From Candidatus Hermodarchaeota archaeon (GTDB taxonomy: Archaea; Asgardarchaeota; Lokiarchaeia; Sigyniarchaeales; SOKP01): a stretch of 46,565 nt of DNA. Both the position numbers and the translations under genes were made by a program. The notes under the pieces are model-generated. The model saw nothing but the letters and a program-made list of their open reading frames with translations. It was not told the DNA's origin and did no database searches. How positions within the stretch are numbered: position 1 is the stretch's first letter; each line of letters opens with the position of its first letter. Location: the NCBI GenBank assembly GCA_048885525.1, contig JBHLLP010000028.1, forward strand, positions 1 through 46,565. The letters are read 5' to 3'. Shown here piece after piece: positions 29,847-38,947 of this stretch.

Positions 29847-30476
29847 TCAAAGAAAAAATGGAAGATGTGTATTGAACCCAAATAATATTCCTCCTATTAC
29901 ACCAGATATTAAAAATACTATAGTTCTTCTAGGGTTATTAATGATACGGTTATTATTAATCAAATACCAAAGACTTAATAATATGTCTAAAAAAGAGATT
30001 AATGAACCAAATGAAAAACAATAATATATCGTTTGTTCGTGTGGGAATTGAGAAGCACTAATATCAGATAATCCATTTAGATAAAAAGGATCTATCCCAC
30101 TAAACGTAATAAAATTGTATATCAGTTTATCTGGTAATGGATCGAGAAGAATAATTAAAAAATGAGTGATATAATTAAATAAAATTCCAAATCCTAATAC
30201 TATATACGAACATCCTAGAATTAATCTAGGTTTCATTAGATAATCTTCTTCTTCTGTGTTAATTGATCTAGTCTCCCTATAAATCCCCCTTAATCTTAAT
30301 AAAGTCAATATTCCAATAAATAAAATGATAAAAACAAAAATATATTTCATGTATTTATAAAAAATTAGAAAAAAGCTATTAAACGCAATACACCAGTTTT
30401 CCAAGCCTTCAACTATGCCTCTAAACACGTCCTCTAGAGATAAAATTATCTTGTTGATTTGCCCAAAAAGAACCAT
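29847..30476 (-). CDS. Hypothetical membrane protein (about 4 TM)
   Basis: Multiple hydrophobic helices. Confidence 0.75.
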   Translation of the reverse strand: MVLFGQINKIILSLEDVFRGIVEGLENWCIAFNSFFLIFYKYMKYIFVFIILFIGILTLLRLRGIYRETRSINTEEEDYLMKPRLILGCSYIVLGFGILFNYITHFLIILLDPLPDKLIYNFITFSGIDPFYLNGLSDISASQFPHEQTIYYCFSFGSLISFLDILLSLWYLINNNRIINNPRRTIVFLISGVIGGILFGFNTHLPFFL

Positions 30477-30530
30477 CGCATAATATTATCTAATATAGCG
30501 TATATAAAGTCTACAAAATATTAAATTAGA

Positions 30531-30962
30531 TTAAGAAATTTTTTCACATTCTTCATTGATTACTTTCATCGTTGCATTAAAATCTTGCCACCAATCTTGC
30601 CCTTGCTGAGCAACCAACATTGGGTCTATCTTATGAGTGTCTAAACATCGGATTTCTTCTTTATGAGACTTTATTTTTCCTTTCCATATTTGAGAAATTA
30701 TATTTTGTAAATTAATTTTTACTTTTTTAACGAGCTCTTCATATGGAACCGATACATCTTCCGTTTTCTGTAATCTTTGAAGCTGGTCAAATTTCACTTT
30801 CTCTTTTGCCCGATTTAAATCACTACAACTGATTTTTATCGAAAAAGCTTCGTCTTTGCCCCATTTACAAAACTTTTGAATTTCACATAACGAACAATAA
30901 CTTTCAAAACTAATAGTGTAATCTTCAAGACCAACTATAGAATAATTTAAAATTTTTGGCAT
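30531..30962 (-). CDS. Hypothetical protein with Cys cluster (CxxC-x4-C...C)
   Basis: 'YCSLCEIQKFCKWG...ISCSD'. Confidence 0.75.
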   Translation of the reverse strand: MPKILNYSIVGLEDYTISFESYCSLCEIQKFCKWGKDEAFSIKISCSDLNRAKEKVKFDQLQRLQKTEDVSVPYEELVKKVKINLQNIISQIWKGKIKSHKEEIRCLDTHKIDPMLVAQQGQDWWQDFNATMKVINEECEKIS

Positions 30963-31119
30963 TTTTCTTCGTTTGTTAATTAATAATAAAATTCTCCTTT
31001 AACCTATATATTTTAAACTGTTTAAGATATTATTATTTTTATTTGTGTGATGACAATTAGTAACAACATCTAATTTTCCGACAACTTGAAGTTTAATACA
31101 AGGTTATAAGGATTTGTCA

Positions 31120-31156
31120 TAAAAAAATAGAGAAAATAGATTCCGCATAGCGGAAT
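31120..31156 (-). terminator. Hairpin ATTCCGC-TAT-GCGGAAT followed by T-rich tract
   Basis: 7-bp stem right after the micro-ORF stop, then CTATTTTCTCTATTTTTTT. Confidence 0.6.
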
Positions 31157-31191
31157 TATTTTGCTGGGGGTTCTCCAATACCATAAGGCAT
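31156..31191 (-). CDS. Putative 11-aa micropeptide MPYGIGEPPAK, copy 1
   Basis: GGAGGAG SD (31198-31204) 6 nt before ATG; TTTAAATA box at 31287-31294; ORF identical in the second copy. Confidence 0.65.
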   Translation of the reverse strand: MPYGIGEPPAK

Positions 31192-31531
31192 TTTATTCTC
31201 CTCCAAAATGAATTAGTTATGTAATTGTAATCAGATTATTTATTTTCAGTACGTTTCAAGCTATCATTAATTATTATTGAATTTGTTATTTAAAGCCCTT
31301 TGAAATTTAATAAAAATTGGTGGTTTTTTTATAATTAGGATTAGGCTAATATGAAAATTATATATGAAAATATCAAAATAATAAGCGTAAAATCTATGAC
31401 TTAAATTAAATAACCCCAATAATTTGAAATATAACTATCAAAAAATATAAAAATTAAATAATTCAATATTTTTAATGATTAGATCTTTAAAAACCCTAAT
31501 CAAAACTGGCACAAAATTATTGTAAATTCTA

Positions 31532-34500
31532 ATGATAAGGTTAAATCTAGACTTTATTATAAACACTTCAATAGAGAGTATATTTTCAAATTTACAAGCT
31601 ATTTTTGAGAAAATTCTTCAAGAATTCAAATCATATCTTAAGTTCGATTTAATATATTCAAATATAAAAATCATTATTAGTGAAAATGACCACAATAATT
31701 ATGCTCTAGAAAAGGACTTTTTTAAAATTGGAGTAATTAAGGCTCAAAAGAATAATTCTCTAACAATTTATATATCAAGTAGTTATAAAAAATTTATAAG
31801 AGTAATTTTATTACGTGAAGCGTATAAGTGCTTTATTCCATTGCAGTTACAGGAGAATGAAATAGTTAATATATTTATCAATCAAAAAGTCGAAAATGAC
31901 CTTCAAAAATCTGAATATATCGAAGACTGGAAGGAATTTAAAAGAAAAAGTGTTGTAAGCTATGAATTCATGGAAGCTGAATTCGATCGCCTAGAAAAGT
32001 TCTTAAAACAAACAAGTACAGAAAATCGACCCAGTCCATTCCAGTTTTTCTTCTCATATATAAGAAGGAATGTTGAATTGCTTAAAGATACTAGAGAAGA
32101 GTTCTTTTACTTAGATAAAAAAAGTTTTTATGACAAACTATTTGAAGATTATACGCGCAGATACACAAATTATCCTAATGAAACCTTAGAAACTATAAGA
32201 ATAATCGCTGAATTATTTTATAAAATTAAAAATTATCGCTCTTTATTAGATTACCAAAACCATTTTAAAGAATTTAAAGAATTTGGACTTATTAAAACGA
32301 ATTTAAGTCTTAGAAAATTTACAGAAAATATGCAATGGATAAAAAGTAATACTAATATAGCCCCAAATTACAGCATGAACTGGTTTGAATTAGATCTTAT
32401 ATCAATATTATGTATTATGAAATTTCATCCATTGATTAAAACTAAAGAAATCCTTAAAATCATCAAACAAATACCCTTTTTCATTTGGCCAAATTTTTCA
32501 AAAAATAATTTTGGAGTAGAGGTTATGGGATACTTTCTCTTACCAAAAACCTATTTAAATGATTTAACAAATTTTCTTAAAAAATTGGAGTTGGATGGTC
32601 TTGTTATTAAACTTGGAATATACATCATTAATAAGGCGGCGAATTTATTAAATTTAAACTGTGCTAGGGGAAGTACCATAATCCTTAATCCTAATAAAAC
32701 ATATTATAAAAAAGAATATGAACTCGAAGTTAATACAGATTTTAGTTATGGAAAATCTAAATTAAAACTCTCACTTCTTGATTGGCTTTTAATTGATAGG
32801 ATTCGTCAAGTTTCAATAACAGGGTTGGGATTTGAGAGAAAATTAGAAACACTGAGAGCATTAAAGTCTGATCTTCTCAATGAGATTCAAAGTCAAAGTA
32901 AATTAATTAATAATCTTAAAGAAAATCTTAATAAGATTCAAAATTCGCCCGTTCTTAGAAATAGAGTTTTAACATTAATAGATAATAATAAATCCTATGG
33001 ATTTTTTTACATTAAGCAAATGTTATTTGAACATTTAACTTTAGCTGAAATGATAAATAATGTGCTCGTTGAAAATTATTCTATAAACAATTATTTTGAA
33101 TTTCAAGAATTTAATAGCAGATATGGTCTTTTTAAAACAATTCAAGATAATATACTACTTAATAAATTCGGGAAAAAGTTGATAAAAACTTTATATTTTA
33201 AATCTAAAAAAAAATTTAAAAAAAATCTCGAAGAATATCATTACTTTTATAACTTATTTAAATCTTTTTATGATCTCAAGTTATTTAATTTAGAATCAAT
33301 TAAATCAGTAATTTTAGATAAAACGTTAATACAGAAAATTTATCAATCAAAAGAAAAGAAACTAAAAGAAATATATGAAAATTACAAAATCTCCAAAATT
33401 TCTTATCAATTAATAGAAAGGAGGTTAGAAGATTTTTTATATAATGATCCTCCCATCATTCAGCCAAATTTATTAAACACAATAATGATTATTGCGCGTC
33501 TTACAAACTATTATCCTATGTTTATCTTGAAAGACACTTCACAAACAAGAGAAATAATTGAAAAGATAAAATATTTATTTCCAAGAGTTTATATTATAGA
33601 AATATTGGAATATACAACCCAGGATAAATTCATTTATTTACGTTTGTTAATGCCAAATTTAAGATTGAAAGAGAAACAAATATTATATTCAATTTTCTAT
33701 AATCAATTTAAAGAAAATTTAATTATGAGTAAATCATTTCTTTACAGTGGTTTTTCAGAAGCTTTTTCAAGAAAAGATTTTTATGATTTAGAACGAGAGG
33801 ATTTTTTTTACACAAAAGATTTATTCGACAGATTTTATCCCTATGTTCGAAAAATTTTAAGAACAGAAGTAAAGCCCCTTTCAGAATCAAAAAGTAATCC
33901 TCAAGAAAATTTATGGGGAAGTGAAAGAAATTTTTCATATCTAATTAATGAGGTTGAAACTAGAATTTCAAAGGAGCATATTGACTTAAAATTTAGTAAT
34001 CTAGACAAGCTGTTAGATTTTCATAAAAATTTACATAAAATTTTATTTCACATAGAGAACTTTAAGTACTCTAAAACTGAGTATTTCTTTAAGAATTGTA
34101 TAAAATCTGTAAAAATAATTCCGTCATTTCAATCATTTGGATTTGGGCAATATTTTTTATACTTTTATTCAACAGATTTAAATCAAATAGACTTTAAACA
34201 TTTTTTACATAATTCATTTCAAAAAGTAAAATTTCAAGCAAGTATTGATAATTCTAATTCATTTTTGATAAATTTGGCCATACAGAAATCCAAATAATTC
34301 TTTATTAAATTGGCTAACTAAATCTAAAAAAGCCATTCGAGAATATTGTTTATTCTACATCAAGAAGCTTTATCAAATTTTTCATTTTAATTATAACCTT
34401 AGTGTTAATGAATGGGATTTAAACCCAAATCGTTTTAAAATTTACTTTCAAAATATTCTATTTAATCCAGAGTATAAATTGACGATTCCCGACCTTAAAG

Positions 34501-35132
34501 AATTTAATATTGGTGATCTAAACATTTCAGAGTATTTTACTCCAGACTCATCAGAATTTAAAGCGTTAACCGACTTATATAATTGTAAATCTATTGATAT
34601 TAAATCATATTTAGGAACTCGAAATTATACTATTATTAATCAAATTATTGAATTACTAGAGAAAATGCTGGTTTTTCCTTTTATTTCAGTAAAGAATCTT
34701 GATTTAAAGGAAAAAATTTATTTAATTTTACCTAATGTGAAAAAAGAGCATATTGAAACAATTCTGAAAATCTTTAGTTTTTTTAATATTGGATATATCT
34801 ATGAAATTGAAGGAGAATATTATATTTACGGATTTACAGAAGAAAAGAGTTTTGAAAATGGATTACTGATTAAACTCTATCTTCCCGATTGCCAACTTGA
34901 TGAATTTTTTTTGTTGTTCGATTCAATATTTGAATATTTTGAGATCAAACATTATATAATCTTAAATGATCTTGTTGATGGAAAATATTTACTTACATCT
35001 ATTTATAAGAACTTAGAGTTCTTGAAGTCATATAACCCATTAAAAAATTTAATTTGGAATAAGAAAGATAAAAAATGGATGAATCATAAACTATTTACAG
35101 ATAAATTTGAAAAGAGATATCCTCCCCTTTAA
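31532..35132 (+). pseudogene. Large (~1,200-codon) protein with repeated Lrp/AsnC-like wHTH-RAM modules and degenerate zincin-like N-terminus; frameshift near 34270
   Basis: Track ORF 31532-34297 ends just after 'SFLI'. The alternative frame 'WPYRNPNNSLLNWLTKSKKAIREYCLF...' is open from about 34275 into ORF 34479-35132. Lrp-linker-like segments 'APNYSMNWFELDL', 'IIPSFQSFGF', 'FPFISVKNLDL'; 'ILLREAYK'. Confidence 0.7.
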
Positions 35133-35459
35133 TTGGATAATTTTTAGGTTGGCTTTAAGATGTCTTACGGTTGTATAATCTGAATTGAAATTAGATCTTT
35201 TTTAGTTAATTATATAAATTAAAGATTTCCATAGCTGTTCATAGAGTCTTAATAAAAAATATGGGATTAATGGATAATAGGGCTTAACTTCCAGCTATTA
35301 AGATTAAAAATTCTGTTAGGATGAAAGTGGATTAACATTTTTTGAGAGGGATTTAAATAACTGAATTAATAATCATTAACGATAGCTTGAATCCTACTAT
35401 AAAGATACTGTCTGATAATGTTTATATTATTAATTAAAAAATTTTTGGAGTGCTGTAAA

Positions 35460-35495
35460 ATGCCTTATGGTATTGGAGAACCCCCAGCAAAATAA
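35460..35495 (+). CDS. Putative 11-aa micropeptide MPYGIGEPPAK, copy 2
   Basis: ATG CCT TAT GGT ATT GGA GAA CCC CCA GCA AAA TAA, preceded by GGAGTG. Confidence 0.65.
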   Translation: MPYGIGEPPAK

Positions 35496-35530
35496 TTCCA
35501 CTATGTGGAATATATTTATCTTTTTTTTTA
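35495..35530 (+). terminator. Hairpin ATTCCAC-TAT-GTGGAAT followed by poly-T
   Basis: 7-bp stem with a compensatory change relative to the left copy, then ATATTTATCTTTTTTTTT. Confidence 0.6.
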
Positions 35531-35568
35531 ATATTTTTAAAAAATGGTAAAAACTCTCCTAGGGGTAA

Positions 35569-36840
35569 TTAAGATTTAATAAAAATTAGTGGTATAAGAG
35601 AGAAGAGCGATAAAGAACAAGCTATTAAAATTATAAAATCTGTTGAAATGAAAGAAGATAAAAAAGTCCCCAATGGGATAAAAATTATGCTAGCTAAGGC
35701 TATAGCGACCCTTAGGACTTGATAAGAGGTTGTTTGATATTTTACATTTCTACAGAAATTAATGTGTAATGATATATAATTTAGCATTAAAATTCCTGAT
35801 ACAAACCAAGATAAAGAATATATTATTAATAAAAATACTATATTTATTGAGAAAACCATAAGAAGAGTTATACAAATATACATAGAGTTCGTTATAAGTA
35901 TAATTTTTTTTCTCTCTAACTTTTTTGCTGTCCACTTCCCTATGAAATATCCGAGAGTATTTAGCAAAAGAAAAAATAGATAACTTCCAGATAATAAACT
36001 AATCCCTAATTGTCCATATTTAGATAATATCCAATCTCCAAATGGATATGCATATAGTTTATCACTAAATATCATTATAAAAGAAAGAGTTAAGAGGACG
36101 ATTTGATAATAGTTAAATCTACTATTATTTCTATCAGTGTTTTGTACTTTTTTCTTTCCATTAATAAGATTTGTATAATTTTCGCAAAATAGTGAAAATA
36201 TTATAGGACTTAATAAAATTCCTCCAATTAAAAAGAAATTAGACCATAAAGCTAAATTAAAAATATCAGAGACAATATATAAAAATATTAAGGGGGGAAT
36301 ATATGCACCAATATTAGAAGAAATATTGATTATTATTAAGATCTTGTCTTTCATCTCTTCTGTTGTTGATGATTCTATAATTAACCTCCCCATACCAACT
36401 TTAATTGCTTCATGAGTGAATAAATTTAACCCTAATAAAATTCCAAAAAGAAATAAAGTAGAAAATAGACACAATGCACCAATAAAGCTTAAAATGAAGG
36501 AAATTATCATAAAACTTAAAATCTTTCTTTTATGAGATGGGAATCTGTCATAAATAAGTGCAAACAAGGGCGCTAAAAAAAGGAAGGAATATGTGAGAAT
36601 TTGAATAAACGCGAGGTTACTTCTATTGACATCTAAAATAGATAATAAATATATAGGTAAGTAAACTGTGAGATAAGAAACAGAAAGACTTAGAGTAAAA
36701 TAAACAATAAAAAATCTAATATAATTAAGTGAAGGCTTTTTGGGAAATGGTGTAATTAATAATTCTTTTGCAGGGCTTACATCTGAAGATTTAACCAAAC
36801 TCTCTTGTTTCATTTCAAGTTTATATCTTAAGCGCTTCAT
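35569..36840 (-). CDS. MFS transporter
   Basis: About 12 TM helices; 'IYDRFPSHKRK' and 'GKWTAKKLERKK' MFS loop motifs. Confidence 0.85.
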   Translation of the reverse strand: MKRLRYKLEMKQESLVKSSDVSPAKELLITPFPKKPSLNYIRFFIVYFTLSLSVSYLTVYLPIYLLSILDVNRSNLAFIQILTYSFLFLAPLFALIYDRFPSHKRKILSFMIISFILSFIGALCLFSTLFLFGILLGLNLFTHEAIKVGMGRLIIESSTTEEMKDKILIIINISSNIGAYIPPLIFLYIVSDIFNLALWSNFFLIGGILLSPIIFSLFCENYTNLINGKKKVQNTDRNNSRFNYYQIVLLTLSFIMIFSDKLYAYPFGDWILSKYGQLGISLLSGSYLFFLLLNTLGYFIGKWTAKKLERKKIILITNSMYICITLLMVFSINIVFLLIIYSLSWFVSGILMLNYISLHINFCRNVKYQTTSYQVLRVAIALASIIFIPLGTFLSSFISTDFIILIACSLSLFSLIPLIFIKS

Positions 36841-37013
36841 TTATAAAACTCTTAAAATTTATTCTCAACTCTTATAATCTTTATAATTATGAATTTAAAA
36901 ACTGCAACAATTTGTTAAACAGTTTACTAAAAAGTAATTGCTTTAATACAGAAGTAAAGATTAAACAAATTTTATCAATTTCGCAAAGTAAGAAAAAAAA
37001 GAAACTAAATTAT

Positions 37014-37178
37014 CTAATAACAGATTCTTTCTCTGGTCCGTAATCTTTTTTTTTGATCATATTTTTCAAGAGAGTCCAAAGTTCCACCACATACATGACA
37101 AAAATTACATTTTAACTTTACTTCTATCCAAAATCTACAATTAGGGCATTGAATATAAACAATATTATGAAAATACAT
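37014..37178 (-). CDS. Small Zn-ribbon protein (54 aa); not in ORF track
   Basis: MYFHNIVYIQCPNCRFWIEVKLKCNFCHVCGGTLDSLEKYDQKKRLRTRERICY*. Confidence 0.55.
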   Translation of the reverse strand: MYFHNIVYIQCPNCRFWIEVKLKCNFCHVCGGTLDSLEKYDQKKRLRTRERICY

Positions 37179-37292
37179 AGCATATTGTCTATAATTCTCT
37201 ATTTAAATTACGACTTATTTTTTGAAGGTCATAAAATTTAAACATCATATAAGATATTTTTATAAGTATAAGACATTTATTATATGAAAATT

Positions 37293-37367
37293 GGACCTAT
37301 AGCCTAGCCTGGATAGGGCGTCGGACTTCTAATCCGAAAGTCGCAGGTTCGAATCCTGCTAGGTCCG
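37293..37367 (+). tRNA. tRNA-Arg(TCT)
   Basis: GGACCTA/TAGGTCC acceptor stem; TCGGA-CTTCTAA-TCCGA anticodon arm; GGTTCGAATCC. Confidence 0.96.
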
Positions 37368-37369
37368 CT

Positions 37370-38527
37370 CTATTTTGAAGCTTTTATTTTTAAATCAACT
37401 ACAACCAATTCAGATTTTGGTGAATAGTGTTTTACGATTTTAGAATCAATAATGGACTCAATTTCCCAATTAAAATGAGTTAATTCTACCTCAAGATTCT
37501 TAAAAGTTTTTTCTATAGGATTTGGTTTTTCTGAGAATTGATAAAAATGCAAAATACCACCAGATTTTTTCATTAAGAAGCAAGCTACGTCAATGAATTT
37601 GATTGAGTCTTCGGGTAAATTCATGATTATTCTACTTGCTTTATTGTATAAAGATTGACCTAACTGGTTTTTAGGAGCAAGTAGATCTTTAACATCAATG
37701 ATGGTGGGGAAAATTTCTCCCTTTAGATTATTTAATTCAATATTTTGCTTGAGATATTCATAAGCGTTAGGGTTAACATCAAAAGGATAAATTTTGACAT
37801 TCTTATTCTTGGCAATTTGAATAGAGAAAGTTCCGACTCCAGCAAACATATCAATTATTAACTCGTTCTCCATTATCTCGCTTGATACAATCCTTCGTCG
37901 TTCAAAAACTAATCTTGGAGAGAAGTATGTATTCTTAACGTCAAGCTTGAAAATACAATCATTTTCTTTATGAGTTGTCTCAGATTTATCTTCTCCATAT
38001 AAAACCTTTAATTCTCGTAAACGATATCTTCCCTTTATTTGACTTTTTTTCTCATAAACGGTTTTAACATTTTTATTTACGCTTGGTATCGCTTTAGCGA
38101 TTATCTGTTTGTAAGCATTGAATTTTTTATTACTTATGTGATTATACTTACCGAATTCGATAATAGCAATATGTCCAACAATATCATATGATTTTGGAAT
38201 TAATTCTGAATATTTATCTGGTATTTTGCCTTCTAATGCTTCCTGAAGACTTTTATATTTATAATTTTCATTCGGCACTCCTTCTTTGGAAATTATTTCA
38301 AAATTAATTTTTTTATCTACTAATGAAGTTACTTTTTTGATTAGAATTTGGTCAATAACTATTGGAAATAGTAGATTATCATTCTCATGTAAAATTTTAA
38401 ATTTTTGATTGATAAATTGAGTATTTTTAAACTTATTTTTTAAAAATTTAATAAAAGTTTGTCCATCTTCTTCTTTAAATTTAATATATAAGATCTTAGC
38501 CTGGTTATTGTTTCCCATTTCTCTCAT
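37370..38527 (-). CDS. trm5: Trm5/Met-10+ family tRNA (guanine-37-N1) methyltransferase
   Basis: SYDIVGHIAI, HKENDCIFKLDV, YFSPRL, DMFAGVGTF, RIIMNLP. Confidence 0.88.
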   Translation of the reverse strand: MREMGNNNQAKILYIKFKEEDGQTFIKFLKNKFKNTQFINQKFKILHENDNLLFPIVIDQILIKKVTSLVDKKINFEIISKEGVPNENYKYKSLQEALEGKIPDKYSELIPKSYDIVGHIAIIEFGKYNHISNKKFNAYKQIIAKAIPSVNKNVKTVYEKKSQIKGRYRLRELKVLYGEDKSETTHKENDCIFKLDVKNTYFSPRLVFERRRIVSSEIMENELIIDMFAGVGTFSIQIAKNKNVKIYPFDVNPNAYEYLKQNIELNNLKGEIFPTIIDVKDLLAPKNQLGQSLYNKASRIIMNLPEDSIKFIDVACFLMKKSGGILHFYQFSEKPNPIEKTFKNLEVELTHFNWEIESIIDSKIVKHYSPKSELVVVDLKIKASK

Positions 38528-38942
38528 TTATTTCAAATATAATTGATAATTCTTTTCCTGGAATTTTTAGTTTTTCAATTAGTTCACGACTTATTTCATT
38601 TGATGATTTAGTACAATTTATCAGAACTGTTCTATCACAGATAAAATTGCTTTTACGAAAAACCATGTCATTTTTATCCAATAATCTTAATTCTTTACTT
38701 CCAAAACCATAGAAGGAATCTTGGAGTTTTCCTAATTTTAAAGTGATTTTTATTTTACTTCCATCTTTTATTTTTTTTTTCAAAGTTTGATTTAAATCAT
38801 AACAACCTTTTGAAGCATTAATTCCTATAATACAATTTCCTTTCGTTGTTAAAGTCTTTTCTTTAGTAATTTCTATAGTCGTACTGTGCGTACAAAGAAT
38901 ATTTTCATGTCCATAAGCAGAAATGTTTTCTAATATCACCAT
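38505..38942 (-). CDS. DUF371 family protein
   Basis: 'AYGHENILCTHSTTIEITKE..LT.KGNCIIGI', 'MVFRKSNFICDRT'. Confidence 0.88.
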   Translation of the reverse strand: MVILENISAYGHENILCTHSTTIEITKEKTLTTKGNCIIGINASKGCYDLNQTLKKKIKDGSKIKITLKLGKLQDSFYGFGSKELRLLDKNDMVFRKSNFICDRTVLINCTKSSNEISRELIEKLKIPGKELSIIFEINERNGKQ

Positions 38943-38947
38943 GTACT

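Larger units (their letters stand above)
31120..31305 (-). repeat. Left copy of ~190-bp inverted repeat unit (promoter-leader-SD-microORF-hairpin-polyT)
   Basis: Reverse complement aligns with 35341-35530: 44 nt identical core (31152-31195), 42/51 identity over the BRE/TATA/TSS segment. Confidence 0.95.
35341..35530 (+). repeat. Right copy of ~190-bp inverted repeat unit
   Basis: TTTAAATA at 35352-35359, GATAGCTTGAA at 35381, GGAGTG SD at 35447-35452, ORF, hairpin at 35495-35511, T9 tract. Confidence 0.95.

Noticed and set aside
35460-35495. GIGEPP match to the xanthine-oxidase-family active-site motif; fluoride-riboswitch or C/D sRNA resemblance of the unit
   Set aside because: The six-residue match is bounded by its own start and stop with no flanking homology. 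Riboswitch pairing and C/C' boxes are not satisfied.
31120-35530. IS element or transposon with terminal inverted repeats
   Set aside because: No DDE, HUH or recombinase motifs in the enclosed gene and no target-site duplication. The repeats have promoter-ORF-terminator anatomy, with identity peaking internally.
31000-37367. Integrated island at tRNA-Arg
   Set aside because: The region lies 5' of the tRNA, and no duplicated tRNA fragment or integrase is seen.
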